64,000 nucleotides of DNA from Felis catus (GCF_018350175.1 NC_058368.1:107014001-107078000); one strand, 5' to 3'. Numbered from the stretch's first letter, positions 26,023-39,874 are shown. Notes: a model not told the origin generated them from the letters alone. Numbers and translations are program-made.

Positions 26023-26414
26023 ATTTAATTTATTAAGAGTCATTGATTTTTAAATTGTTTACAACTCAAATTTTATTTGGTGATTGGAACCAGTAATATT
26101 ATAAAATGGTTCAAAAACAAGGCATAAAAATAGATATAGTTAAAAATCTTTCAATTCCTGGCCTCCATCTGCCTGGAGAGGCCTTCCCCCTAACAACTGT
26201 CTACTCTTTTTTCCAGAGTTTCTTTTGCGTGTGAGACTATGCATGTATAGTATTGCCCACCTCTCGAATTTACATTTTTCACAAGAGGTGGCATATTACA
26301 TACATTGCTGTGAATGTTGCTTTTTTCAATAAAGAACATTTCCTGAAGTTATTCTGTCGTTACCTCATTTTCATTAATCTCATTCTTTTTTAAAAAATCA
26401 CCATTCTCTTTCAT

Positions 26415-26638
26415 TTAAAAATTTTTTAATGTTGTTTTATTTTTGAGAGAGAGAAAGAGAGAGAGAGAGAGAAAGAGAGAGCGAGCGAGTGGAGGAAGGC
26501 AGAGAAGAGAGTGAGATCCAGAATCTGAAGCAGGCTCCAGGCTGCTCAGAGCCAGACGGGGGGCTCAAACTCACGAACTGTGAGATCATTACCTGAGCTG
26601 AAGTTGGATGATTAACTGACAGAGCCACCCAGGCACCC
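26415..26638 (-). mobile_element. CanSINE
   Basis: Consensus-like; TSD attctctt. Confidence 0.85.
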
Positions 26639-26799
26639 TATTCTCTTATTTATTGTTGCCTAGTATTTAAAAACGAAACTGAAAATTGTCTCTTATTTTA
26701 AGAGGCACTGCATGCATTTATGTGAGAGCAAAAGGAAAATGGACAGTGCAACAGCCTGCAATCAGTATATATATTTCCATCTTTTCTGGATTGCTGAAT

Positions 26800-27017
26800 T
26801 TTTAAAAAAAAATTTTAATGTTTATTTATTATTTGTGAAAGACCGACAGAGCATGAGTGGGGGAAAGGCAGAGAGAGAGGGAGACACAGAATCCAAAGCA
26901 GGCTCCAGGCGCTGAGCTGTCAGCACTGAGCCTGACATGGTGCTCGAACTCACGAACCACGAGATGATGACCTGAGCCCGAGTCGGACGCTCAACCGACT
27001 GAGCCACCCAGGTGCCC
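26800..27017 (-). mobile_element. CanSINE
   Basis: Consensus-like; TSD attgct(g/a)aa. Confidence 0.88.
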
Positions 27018-27042
27018 TAATTGCTAAAATTTTTTATTGTGT

Positions 27043-27158
27043 GTTTTTTTAAGGTTTTATTCAAATCCCAGTTAGTTAATATACAGTGTAACATTAGTTT
27101 CAAGTGTACAATGTAGTGACTCAGTGCATCCATACAACCCAGTGCTCATCACAACAAT
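27043..27158 (-). mobile_element. Short carnivore L1 3' end fragment
   Basis: cagttagttaatatacagtgtaacattagtttcaagtgtacaa...acccagtgctcatcacaaca. Confidence 0.65.
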
Positions 27159-27183
27159 TGCAAACAAACAAAACCAAAAAACT

Positions 27184-27405
27184 GGGGCGCGTGGGTGACT
27201 CATTTGGTTAAGCATCCGACTTTTGCTCAGGTTGTGACCTCATAGTTTGTGGGTTTGCGCCCCATGTCAGGCTCTGTGCTGATACCTCGGATCCTGGAGC
27301 CTGCTTCAGATTCTGTGTCTCCCTCTCTCTCTCTCTCTCTCTCTGCCCCTCCTCCACTCACACTCTGTATCTTTAAAATAAATAAACATTAAAAACAATT
27401 TTTTA
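27184..27405 (+). mobile_element. CanSINE
   Basis: Consensus-like. Confidence 0.88.
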
Positions 27406-27601
27406 AAAACCCTGAAAAACCAAAACTAAAATAAATAAATAAATTTTTAAAAAGAGTAACAGACTCCCCACATGGTTAACCCTTTTTAAAAAAATGTGTA
27501 TTTGAATATGTAAAATTATTATCTCATTTATTTAAGATATGTATAGTGTGATCTGAAAGGTAGCCTGGTACAAATTGTAATATTAAAAACATATTTTACA
27601 T

Positions 27602-27722
27602 CTTTTTTTTAAAGTTTATTCATTTATGTAAATAATCTCTACACCCAATGTGGGGCTGGAACTTAAAACCCCAAGACCAAGAGTTGCATACTCTTTCACT
27701 TGAGCCAGGCAGATGGCACCCC
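27602..27722 (-). mobile_element. Short CanSINE variant lacking the (CT)n
   Basis: aatctctacacccaatgtggggctggaact...tgagccaggcagatggcacccc. Confidence 0.75.
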
Positions 27723-29719
27723 AAAAGCATATTTTATATTTCTTGAATATGAAGGAAATATTTAAATATGTATTAAATATTAAGGAAATAAATAAATATG
27801 TATAATATATTACATTTACCATATAATATGTTAAGTATGTTTGTTATATTTAATGTAAACATGTATGTAAATATGCATATTTAAATTTATTAACTTAGGA
27901 GCTTCTGAGGACAGATTTAATCGAGAGGCACAGAAGTGCTTTACTACTAAACAACCAGTAAGAAGATAACGGGCATAAAGCATAATAAATGTCAAGTCAT
28001 AAATTTGGGCTTCCATTTTTTATACGTTATTTGCCAGATCTCGTATGCAATATATTATGTCATTGTAAAGTTTCCTGCAGTAGAATTACCAAACAAATTT
28101 AGGGTCATTAAAGTGTGGATCTATATTACACAATATTATTTGGCAATAGACTAAAGTTATTTTTACTTCTCTTGAAAATTTTGTTGATAGTTTTAGATAA
28201 GTAATTGATTGCATACTTATAGGATATTCTTTGTTGTATCTGGAGGTTATTCTTACAGTATAGAACTAAGTTACAAGGTTTCTATCTTGTATGGCTTTTG
28301 CTTAGTGTTTAAATACCTTAAGATACATATCTTCCTTTGTGAAACTAGAGTTTAGGAATTATGAACATATAGTCTATTCTATGTCTTAATAGAACATTAG
28401 GAGCTTCTGCTACAAATAGATTTAGAGCAGAATGCCTTAGATTAATTACATAGCATATAAATCCATCATCCTTAATATCCTACCCATATAATTGCTTACA
28501 TTAAGATTCATATGTTTCCTTTCTGCATTTCTCATATTTAACCTTTCTCTTATTTCGGTTTCCCATTTTAATTAAATAGCCTTAAAGATTTACAAAATTA
28601 TAGTCAATTAAATCATGGCAAGAATGTCTGCTGACTTTGAAAAGTCTATAGAAAGACCCAGTATAATCAAATAGCCTTTGTTAATCAGTATTTGCTTTTC
28701 TGACAATACATTTTGTAGCAGTGTTTGTGAATGTTTGCTTTTATTGGTTGTCACCATGTGACTGATGATTACTCTTGTTGTTATACACATTTGTTGCAAT
28801 AATATTTATATATTTACTCCAGTAAATTCTGCATATAGATGGTCTAACACTTAATCAATTTTTAAAATAATTTCAAATCCATTTGAATTGATTTATTTTT
28901 TCATTTGAAGAGCATTTCACAGTATACCATAAATTAGATTTTTGAAACCTAAGCAATATAATAAATGGTAGTATATTCATTGAAATACAAAATACATACA
29001 TAATTATAAAATAATTATGATACTTTTATAATAAAGCAAAATTAGTGTAAATGTAGGTATTTTCGTCAGGTCCTGTAAGGTCCTAATTTGAATACATTTT
29101 AATTTTTGGTCCTTTTTTTCTTATCTCAGCCAAGTTCTAATTTTTGTAATCTTAACAAAACTTTAATTTCCTGTCCTTTATTCTCTTAATGTTTCTTCAT
29201 TTTCTAGCCCTCTTAGTGTTGAAATGCAATTACCAGGTTTTATTCTGCCTCAATCCATTTTAAAAGTAATACCTTAGCTAGCAGATATATAGCCACAGTG
29301 GCATTATGAATTTTGATTACACTTCTCTTATAAAACTAAATTGCCATATTAAGGAAGAAAATACATCACCTTATTTCAATTTTGACACTTTTAACACAAG
29401 GTCACATGGTTTTGTGTTGTTAAATGCCAGGACCAGCCTGGCAGACACCCTCAAACTCTCCAGGGCTTGTAAAACTTAAATCTCTTTTGCATTAGATCAG
29501 AGTTCCATTTCTCCAAGTACCTCAGTTGAAGAGTTGCTTGAAACAGTCATAATGAGTGAAATTGATTTTATCAACTTTGACAGAGAGTTGTAAAATGTGT
29601 CTGGAAATAATGGCAAGCAGATCTGTTCTGATGCTCTCCAGGCTTTATTTTCTAGCAATTACCAGTTGTATAAAATATGTAAGTAATGATGCTGATAATT
29701 CCCGATTATATAAAATGTT

Positions 29720-29924
29720 TTATTTAAAAAATTTTTTTATGTTTATTAATTTTTTTGAGAGAGAGACAGAGCATGAGCAGGGAAGGGGCAGAGAGAGAGG
29801 GAGACACAGAATCTGAAGCAGGCTCCAGGCTCTGAGCTGTCAGCACAGAGCCCAGCATGGGGCTTATACTCATGACCTGAGCCAAAGTTGGCCCCCCAAC
29901 CGACTGAGCCAGCCAGGTGCCCCC
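29720..29924 (-). mobile_element. CanSINE
   Basis: Consensus-like with small internal deletion. Confidence 0.88.
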
Positions 29925-30389
29925 TTTTACCTTTTTAAAGAACCCTGCTTTCACTTTATTCCTTGTCCAAAAGATGATTTGTGACCGAAAATGCTATGTG
30001 AAAAAAATATTTTTAGGAAGGTGAGTGGTGAATCCCTTTTTTAGTTTTCCATTTCTCCATACTAGTATTGTTTTTCAGTTTACATGCATGACTCTATGGG
30101 AGTCATCCAGTTTCCACAACTCTTAGGTAAGTTGAATAAAGAATGATTTTAGCAGTATATTATTCTCATGGCCAGTTCCTATACATTAATTAGTCACATT
30201 TTGGAATGTTAGAGATTTGTGAAAATGCTTTTTTTGTTAGTACATTTGCTGTACTTTTTTCTGTAAAGTAGAATTAATGTGGCTTAGACAAACTAATCTA
30301 GATCTGAATCTAATAGATTTTCTTCTTTTTAAAAATTGGTGGATAATGTTGGCATCATTTTGTAGAGCTGTATTGGTCAGATTTATTTC

Positions 30390-31737
30390 TTTTGTTTTTT
30401 TTCTTTCCAAGTGTTTGTTTTAGTTCCATTTAGCTAACAGACAGTATAATCTTATTCTCAGGTATAGGGTTTAGTGATTCATCACTTACAATAGTCAGTA
30501 TTCATCACAATAAGTGCCCTCCTTAATACCATCACCTATTTAGCCCATCCCGCTATCTACCTCCCCGCTGGTAACCATCATTTTGTTCTCTGTAAAGTCT
30601 GTTTCCTGGTTTACATCTCTCTGTCTTTTTCCCTCTTTGCTCATTTGTTTTGTTTCTTGATTTGTTGTTGATTTGTTTCAAATCCCACATATGAATGAAA
30701 TCATATGGTATTTGTCTTTCTGTGACTGACTTATTTCACTTAGCATAATACACTCTAGCTCTATACACATTGTTGCAGATGACAAGATTTCATTCTTTTT
30801 GATGGCTGAGTAATGGTCCATTGCGCGCGCGCGCGTGCGTGTGTGTGTGTTTATGTGTATAGATATACCACTTCTTCTTTATCCATTCATCAGTCAGTGG
30901 ACGTTTGGGCTCTCTCTGTGACTTGGCTATTGTTGATAATGCTGCTATAAGCATGTGTCCCTTCGAATCAGTATTTTTTGTACCCTTGGGTAAATACCTG
31001 GTAGTGCAATTGCTGGGTCATAGGCTAATTCTATTTTGAACTTTCTGGGAAACCTCCATACTGTTCTCCCAGAGTGGCCGCATTAGTTTGCATTCCTACC
31101 AACAGTGGATGCAGTGCACATCCTCTCCACATCCTCACCAACACTTGGTGCTTCTTGTCTTTTTGATTTCAGCCATTCTGACAGATGTGAGGTGAGATCT
31201 CATTGTAGTTTTGTTGACTGTTTCCTTCACTGTGCAGAAGCTTTTTCTTTTGATGAAATTCTGATAGTTAATTTTTGCTTTTGTTCCCCTTGCCTCAGGA
31301 GATGTATCTAGTAAGACGTTGATACAGCCCATATCAGAGAGGTGACTGCCGATGTTTGGCTCTAGGATTTTGATGGTTTCCTGTCTTAAGTATAGGTCTT
31401 TTATCTATTTTGAGTTTATTTTTGTGTATGGTGTAAGAAAGTAGTCCACTTTCATTCTTCTGCTTGTTACTGTCAGTTTTCCTAACGCCATTTGTTGAAG
31501 AGACTGTCTTTATTCCATTGGAGATTCTTTCTTGCTTTGTCAATTGACCATACAGTTGTCGGTTCATTTCTAGGTTTTCTATTCTGTTGTATTGATCTGT
31601 GTGTGTATGTTTGTGCTGGTACCATATTGTCTTGATCACTACAGCTTTGTAATATAACTTGAAGTCTGGAATTTTTTTTTTTTAAGATTAAGATTTAAGA
31701 TTTTTTTTTAAAATTAGTTAATTAATTATTTTGAGAG

Positions 31738-31803
<66 letters not shown>

Positions 31804-32285
31804 TCAGGGAGGGGCAGAGAGAGAGGGAGACCGAGAAGCAGCACATATTCTGATGTGGAGCTCGAACTCATGAACCAAACTGTGAGATCATGAAGTTGGA
31901 AGCTTAACTGACTGAGTCACTCAGGCATCCCTAAAGTGTGGAATTTCGATGCCTCCAACTTTGCTTTTCTTTTTCAAGATTGCTTTGGATATCTTAGGTC
32001 TTCTCTGGTTCGATACAAATTTTAGGATTGTTTGTTTTAGCTCTCTGAAAAATGCTGATGGTGTTTTGATAGGGATTGCATTAAATGTATAGATTGCTTT
32101 GGATCATACAGACATTTTAACAATATTTCTTTCTTCCAGTCCATGAGCATGAAATGGTTTTCCATTTCTTTCTGTCCTTTTCAATTCCTTCCAATAGTGT
32201 TCTATAGTTTTCAGAGTACAGATCTTTTATCTCTTTGGTTAGGTTTATTCTCGGGTATCTTAGAGTCTTTGGTGCAATTTCTTGA
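30390..32285 (-). mobile_element. 5'-truncated carnivore L1 (3'UTR plus ORF2 end) with internal deletion and nested SINE
   Basis: ORF2 remnants on minus ([42 protein letters not shown]); carnivore 3'UTR motifs. Confidence 0.85.
31673..31931 (-). mobile_element. CanSINE with expanded (GA)n, nested in L1
   Basis: TSD aagt(c/g)tggaattt. Confidence 0.87.
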
Positions 32286-33970
32286 TATTGAAGTAAATTT
32301 AGTTGCATCTCTACATCATGTTAACAGTTAAGGTATGTAGCCCATGGGAAAATGGAAACCAGAGTAAGGATTTAGGGTAGTGTAAAAAGCAGTGTATACA
32401 ACCCAGTCTAATGTTGATCTAGAGCTTAGTGTGGTTCTATTCATTTTACTGTCTCGTTAAGAACAAAGACTATGCTAGGAAATGTCTAAAATGTCTAGTG
32501 TTTATTATATGATGAGCAATTACCTAATTGCCCACCTAAGCTTTTTAACTTGAGTGCATAAAATTATAATAATAATAATAATAATATAAGCATCAAACTG
32601 GTTTATATTGATACATAGCTATAAAAATAACTATTGATCATTAGTTGCATACCAAACACTTGACTGGATGCTTTAACATGCTTTTCTGTGCTGTAAGGGT
32701 GATTAAGTGAGTTAAAGTGTCCTTTCTTTTGTCTTAGGGTATAATTGGGTACCATACTCAGAGCACTTTTGTAACTTGCCCAAATTCACACAGCCAGAGA
32801 GCTGTTTGAGTCTTGCTTTGAACTCTGGTTTATTTGATTCCAAAGACCATATTTTTCTCCGTAATATTACATTGACATTCTGCCTTAACTTTCAAAGAAT
32901 GACATTTCATTTTTATTTTAAAACTATGTTGTCAGATTGGAATAGACAAGTTCAAGTATATTCAGTATGAGGAAATTGGAAAGAAATGACGTAGGCTACA
33001 AAGGTCAGACAGTAAAGACCAGAATGGAGAGCTGCTGCCATCAGTTTCCGCATCCTTGCCACATCCTTTCCTGTTGGAGATAAAGAGTGTCTTCATCTTT
33101 CTGGGAGAGACCTGTAAAGAGTGAATGAAAAGGACCAAAAGTGTTATAGTCCTTCTAGTCCTAAGCATGTATGTTTACAGGAAAAATATCCGACACTAAA
33201 GTTTTCATTTTCTATAGAAGCAGAAAATTGTATATTTTACTTTACCTCAGGGCAAGAGTAAAAATGTAAGCTGTCAGTTTTATCTTAATTTTTTTTTCTT
33301 TCAGCTGTACTGTTTAGGAACAAAGTACACATGGGCATGTGTATCACACTAGAATTTCACTTGTTGGGGTATATCCTGAGAATGCATGAATTTATCTTAA
33401 AAATGTTCTTTGTTCTGTTAACTAGTTTATGTTAGAATGAAGATTTCTCATGTACTTCTCAGAAGTGCATATACATAGAGGAAAATTTTCAGAAGTAGTT
33501 ACATATTGTTTTTAAAAAAGCTGAAACTTTGTAGAAACCATTATTTCAGAGATTTTTATTATGAGTGTTCATAATTATTAGCTTCTAGGAGTGCCTTTTA
33601 CATGGACTTACATTGTTAATAAATTCTTGTGAAAATCCCTGCAGATAAATGGGTTTATTACCATTTTTATTAGAATCGTCATAATAAGCAGGCTTGTGTT
33701 GAGTGCCAGCCGAATGCTTAGCTCTAGATAGAATATGAAAATAGAGATAGTGCTTTAGATAACAGCTTTAGAATCCTAGAGTCTTACAGTAAAGTCATAC
33801 AGTGGAAATATCAGAACAACAGCCCATGTCAGAATGAATGCATTTCAAGCACTTACCAATATAAGATTGCATGTATTGTTCTAAAGACATAAACTTCTCT
33901 TAAAGAGTTGAGAGTATAGCTAGGAAAAAAGATAATCTTCACTATAGCATGTTCAAAAGGAGCCATCCCT

Positions 33971-34199
33971 GGGGGCACCTGGGTGGCTCAGTTGGTTGAG
34001 TGTCTGACTTTGGCTGAGGTCATGATCTCATGGTTCCTGAGTTCGAGCCCTGTGTCTGGCTCACTCCTATCACCTCAGAGCCCACTTTAGATCCTCTGTC
34101 CCCCTCTCTCCTTGCCCCTCCCTGCTCATGCTCTCTCTCAAAAATAAAACTAAACACTAAAAAAAAATACATATACATATATATATGTATATATATATA

Positions 34200-34246
<47 letters not shown>
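33971..34246 (+). mobile_element. CanSINE whose tail became a (TA)n microsatellite
   Basis: TSD gga(gcc/act)atccctggg encloses both SINE and (TA)n. Confidence 0.87.
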
Positions 34247-34248
<2 letters not shown>

Positions 34249-34755
34249 AACTATCCCTGGGAGCTATGAAATTTGGCAGAAGAGCTTCATGGAGAAGTTG
34301 ATCTTAACTTTGAATAGTAGGTAGATCAGTTTTCCAAGCATAGAGAAGAGATGAACCAAGATGGGCTGTGCATGGTGCCCTGAGGGCATGGTTGTTGGGA
34401 CCTGCCACCTCCCCTAGGTCAAAGCTGTAGAAGAAGGAGTCACAGCACCAAAAGAGAAAATTGGACATTCTTCTATCATAGGGATGACTGTGTCAGTGAG
34501 TACCAAAGAGCCAAACTGTTGGCAGAAAGCAATGCAAAGACTGCAGAGGAGACATGATCTGTGAATCCTGGAAAGAAGAAGTGAGAATCTTCTTTTACCC
34601 CTGGGAACCTTCTAGGCTTCCAGTTAAAGTAATATCTTGGAATTCCAGGAACTCTTAGGCTACTAGGTTAACTTAATCTCTTTGAAAACTGCCATATTCA
34701 AATTCTTATCCAATGTAACTCATTCTTTCCAATCCAGTTAATTGTAAATTGCCTC

Positions 34756-35050
34756 TATGTCCACCCCTCATTCAGTGGTAGTGAGCCAGCAAAAAGGAAT
34801 GACTAGGCATGTAGAATTACCTAGCCAATAAGGGGAAAACCTGAGAAGGAACAAGGGGGAAGGAAGGGGGTTGATCAAAACCCTATAAAACAAAGCACTT
34901 TGCCTATAGTCGTGACATTTACTTTCGAATGTCCCCTCTCTGTTAAGAGAGCTTTCATACTGTTCTTATGTTCTGATCTTACACTCTAATAAACTTTTGC
35001 CTGATGCTCAAATAAATAAAATAAGTAAGTAAATAAATAAATAAATAAAT
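34756..35050 (+). mobile_element. LTR-like U3-R fragment with A-rich tail and TSD (probable L1-mediated ERV retrocopy)
   Basis: CCAAT 34825, TATAAAA 34884, AATAAA 34988, CA 35009-35010, then (TAAA)n tail; flanking taaattgcct at 34745 and 35050. Confidence 0.65.
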
Positions 35051-36030
35051 AAATTGCCTTTCTCAGCCTCCCCGATCTTATCACAACCTCCCTCTTGGCA
35101 ACATTTATAGACTCACATATCATGCCAATTGAAAACATTTTTTTTTCTCATTTTGAATAATCCACTGAAAACAGCTCCTGTTTAATACAGCTTTAAGAAA
35201 AATTTAAAATGTGTATTTGTGAAAAATATATCTAGCTTAAAAACATGGCAGTACTCTAATCGACGCTGTTCTACAACCATTTGTACCTATGGACAAAGAT
35301 GACTACCTCATCTTGCTTTGTGTGTTTCAATTGATGGGCAGCGCTGATTTCTTCCAGCATTTTTCTGTAAATGAAGGCCTTTTAACAGAAGACACTCATT
35401 AATTTCTGTCTCATATTTTAACTAAGTAAATTATTAACTGCTTAACAAATTATACCTGGGCTTTTAATATTTGTGTTAATTTTTTTTCAACCTTTCTATA
35501 CGGAAACAGTTTACCAACTTAATGGGATAGGTATTTGGGTAAGAGTGTATAAAGCCATTTTATGAGTTACTGTGTCACATAGGAATGCATATGACTAAAA
35601 AAAAAAACCCCCACACAACAGAAAATTTGTACACAGTGGCTTTTGTCAATTTTCCAAAAGTGTAGGTGATGACTCCATGACTAAGTAGATGCTAAATGGT
35701 ATCATCATGGTCCCATGCTTTAACTGTCTTTTTGGCTCTGCCTTTGCTTAGAATGTTAGCTTTTGTCCTCATGCTTACTGATTTCAGGCACTGTTAAGGA
35801 TCTAATCCTAGTTCCAGGTAGGAAGGGGAAAGACTTGCTATTGCCGTGAGTTTAGTCCTTTCTTCAGGATGGCGGTCCTCCCCATGGACTTTGGCCTACA
35901 TATCCTTGGTTGGAATTGTGTCATATAGCCATCTGTGACTGCAAGAGAAGTGGGAATCTAGCTTCCACGGTAGGAAAAAAAAAAGCCAAGGAGAAGAGCT
36001 TGGAAATGGGTGTTAATAAGGCTAACATGC

Positions 36031-36257
36031 TGTATTAGAATTCTCTGGAGAAACAGAACCAATAAGATGTATGGGTAGCTGTCTATCTGTCTATTGATCT
36101 ATCAAGTGACGGAGATATTTTAAGGAACTGGTTCACATGATGGGATAGGTGAAGGGTGCTGCAAGTCTAAAGTCTTCAGGGAAGGCTAGAGGTCTGGAAA
36201 TTCTGACAGGAATTGATGTTGCAACTGAAATCTAAAAGTAGTCTGGAGGCAGAATTA
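36031..36257. mobile_element. MLT2-like ERVL LTR fragment (adjacent MaLR-like relic ~35690-36030)
   Basis: tgtattagaattctctggagaaacagaaccaata...aggaactggttcaca...gtctggaggcagaatt. Confidence 0.65.
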
Positions 36258-37830
36258 CTAATATCTGTTTAAAGAAGGGAAAGAATTTTTTAAGGAAAAA
36301 AATTTGAGTTTTCTTAGGGTCTTATTTAGTTCTAAGGTGGTAAATGACTTACAGCATTTTAACCAATAAGATTACTTTCACCGTAATGGACCAGCGAATG
36401 TTAGGAGGGATAGTGGAATGTTGACTGGCCTGGAAATTGGGATACCTAGTTCATCACCTTTCTTTTCTGAACCATGTAAGAGAACCACCTAATAATAGAT
36501 CTCCTACCCTTCCAACTAGATTGTGACACTTACATGAGATAATGGATCTAAAAAATGCTTTATGAACTGCAGAGTGATAAAATACATGAGTATAAACCAG
36601 AATATAAAGGTAAGTGTCTTGTAATAACCTTCTCTGAGCTTTGAAGATGGCAGGGCTGGTGAGCTGTCAGATGAGGGTTAGAGCTGAAAGATCTGTTCCT
36701 AATTTTTTACAGGGTAAGCTTTACTGCAGAGGGCCTCAGAGGAACATCCGTCCCATGAAAGTGTGACTGTGGAAAGCAATAGGAGGGCCATTTCCTGGCA
36801 GAATGAGGAATGTTTGAAGTTCACATCAGACTGTTAGATTTGGTCAGCATGACAGCTGTTTCAATCCGTGTTCTCTTTGGACATACACAACATTCAACTA
36901 ATATTGGGAGAATATGATTTAAGAAATACTTCATTTTAAGAATAAAATCTTCTAGAGATACGTAGTAACTTCAAAAAAAATACTAAATAAGGGAATAACA
37001 GAAGAGTTTACCTAATGTTACATTTATTAAGAACAGCCTGTAAGTAATCCCAAGTGATGTTGCTTAAATTAATTTTACTTGTATATAGAATAACTAACCA
37101 CAACTAATAGTCATTGATAATTTCTTAGTTCATTCACCCATCATTTAAAGCACATAAAAGTCAGCTAAAATTCCACAAAGAGTTGATAATAAATATACCT
37201 GCAGAATAGGATTTATATAACCCTGACTATACCATTAATTTCTGACTTCTTCCATAAAATTCTCAGTGCCTTTCAAAGAATGATTTTGAATGTGTTTGTT
37301 TGTGTAGGATAGCAACTTTCTTACAAAATGCAGAAGATGTATCTAGCAATTTAATTCCTTTCGAGAATATTGATGTTGAAACTCTTAAACACTAGCTGTT
37401 AGCACTTTTTCTTGATGTTCATGTGGAGTGGATACTTAAAACTTCAAAGTCGGCTTCAAGTTTTCAATGTTGGTTACAAGTAATCTTTCTTCTGTCCTAG
37501 CAGTTTTGCTGCCATTTACTGTAAGGAAAGTTGAGATTATTTTAAATTTGTAGTATTTAGTAAGTGAGGCACCCTTACCAGTAGAGAAAATGATTACAGT
37601 ACTGTGCCTCTATATAATAGATCTGTAGTCACTAAATATGGCTTCCTACATTTACAGTATGAAATAGAAAAAATACTTAAGATGTAATGTGAAAAGAATG
37701 AGTTAAAAGTGGAATATAAATCATAACCTCAATTCAATATATAAATTATATATTGCAGTATAATTAGGTCTTTGGGGATACTACTACATTGCTCTCTGTT
37801 ATTCTTGGTAAGAATATATTAATATGTATA

Positions 37831-37890
37831 ATACTGGGAGTCATCTGTTTAATGAAATTGATACTGGGAGTCATCTGTTTAATGAAATTG
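37831..37890 (+). repeat. Perfect 30-bp tandem duplication
   Basis: atactgggagtcatctgtttaatgaaattg x2. Confidence 0.97.
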
Positions 37891-38539
37891 AGTGCATTTT
37901 TATGTGGGGAAATGAAAAAAAAGCAGACATATTGCCAGATGATGGGCATGGAGTCAACTATAGCATAATTGATTTGAATTTAATGTGGTAGGCACTGTCT
38001 GTCCTATGTTCTTCAGTAGTGGAGATTCATGATTGCAACAGCCTTGTAGGAAGATACCCAAAGTAGCAGTATGTGGAAAATTCTAGAAGAGTGATTGTAT
38101 TTGAAATGGTGGATGGGAACCTTTTATTTGTCATTCATGATAGGTTGTTCTTTGGTAGTTGGGTGTAAAATAGGCTTGGGATTGGTTCTTGGAGAACATA
38201 AGATTAAATTTAGATATGTTGATTTTGTTTTCAAAAAACGATACAAACAGCTTTTTATTTCCAATAGAGGTCTGCTATGAATCAGGAGAAAAGAAAAGAG
38301 AAGCGTTGGGGAAACAAATTGCTCTACAGAGGTTTAGTTTGACAGTTGAAAGGAGTCTCACTGCTATGGCTAGCCTACCCAGGAAGATACCCCTACTAAT
38401 TTAGGAGCCCTGAGTTTAGAAGGTGGCCCTTAGAAATACAGAAGGAAATTCTCACTCATAATAAGAATTAGACCCTTACATTAAATCAGTCATAGTGAGA
38501 GTTGGGCTATAAAAGAAAGACAAACTATTAAAAGAGCTA

Positions 38540-38611
38540 TTTTATTTTTGCAAGCAGTGGAGGGACAAAGGGGGGCAAGAGAGAGACAGAGAGAGAGACA
38601 GAGAGAGAGAA

Positions 38612-38664
<53 letters not shown>

Positions 38665-38789
38665 CCCAAGCAGGCTCCACGCTGTCAGCCCAGACCTGGA
38701 TGTGGGACTCTATCCCGTGGACTATGAGATCCTGACCTGAGCCCAAATCAAGAGTCAGATGCCTCACCAACTGAGCTACCAGAGGCCTC
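38540..38789 (-). mobile_element. CanSINE with long (GA)n
   Basis: TSD aaagagctatttta. Confidence 0.88.
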
Positions 38790-39654
38790 AAAGAGCTATT
38801 TTAATTACTGTTCTAAGAAGTACATTTCTAGTAAAGATAAAATTTCCTTGGTTGTAACATGTTTCTCTTGTGCAGTTACTTTTTTTTTTTTATTGTGAGA
38901 AAATTTTAAGCATTCAAATTGACATTTCTTCAGATATACTTCTCTGAAACGTATTGTTTTGGGCAGTTCCTTTAATGGTTAAATAATCTCTCTTTCTGAT
39001 CACACGCATGAAAATATCATATTATATACTATTTTTCTTCCTAGTGGTCATATAGAGTTATATATGAAATAGGAAATAAGAAAATCAAAGAACATATTTG
39101 TTGGTTTTGGGAAGTCTATCTCTTTATTCTCTGTTCCGAAATTAGACTCACAACACAGCCTTACTTCAGAACACTCATTTTCTTGTGCCAAATAATGAAG
39201 GACAGATACCACTCCTGAGGCCACTCTGTCATTCATCCAATTAAAAGGTTGGTTCTTGACAGTCTGTCGTTTGGATAAAATACTCATTTCACACAGTTTG
39301 CATTTCCAGAGTTCATTCATCCGCAAGAAGGGTAACAAATAGCTGTGTAAGAGGAGCTCTTCACATAAATTGCCTGAATAAAAAGTAGAATGAATGGAAA
39401 AGCCAGCCTAAAATTGTACTGAGACATCAGATGCGGGTGCTCTTTGGAGTTACTTACTTTTTACCAAATTCTAAGTGAATCACATGAAAATATTGCCTTT
39501 TTAAATAGGTGTTGTAGCACACCAGTTACAGCTCTCACGCTCTAAACTGAAGCTACACATCCAGGCATTCACTTGCATAGCTCATAAATCGCTGGCCCCT
39601 GTTGAAACAGTATTTGTTGGCAAAGTTGGTGCAGGACAGTGTCCTGTTAAGTCC

Positions 39655-39874
39655 TTTTTTTTAAAAAAAATTAATGTTTATTTATTTTTGAGAGAGAGAG
39701 GGGAGGGACCGAGCACAAGCAGGGGAGCAGCTGAGAGGGAAACACAGAATCTGAAGCAGGCTCCAGGCTCTGAGCTGTCAGCACAGAGCCCGACGCGGGG
39801 CTTGAAGTCACGAACCATGAGACCATGACCTGAGCTAAAGTCAGATCCTAAATCAACTGAGCCACCCAAGTGCC
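39655..39874 (-). mobile_element. CanSINE
   Basis: TSD ttaagtcctttt. Confidence 0.88.
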
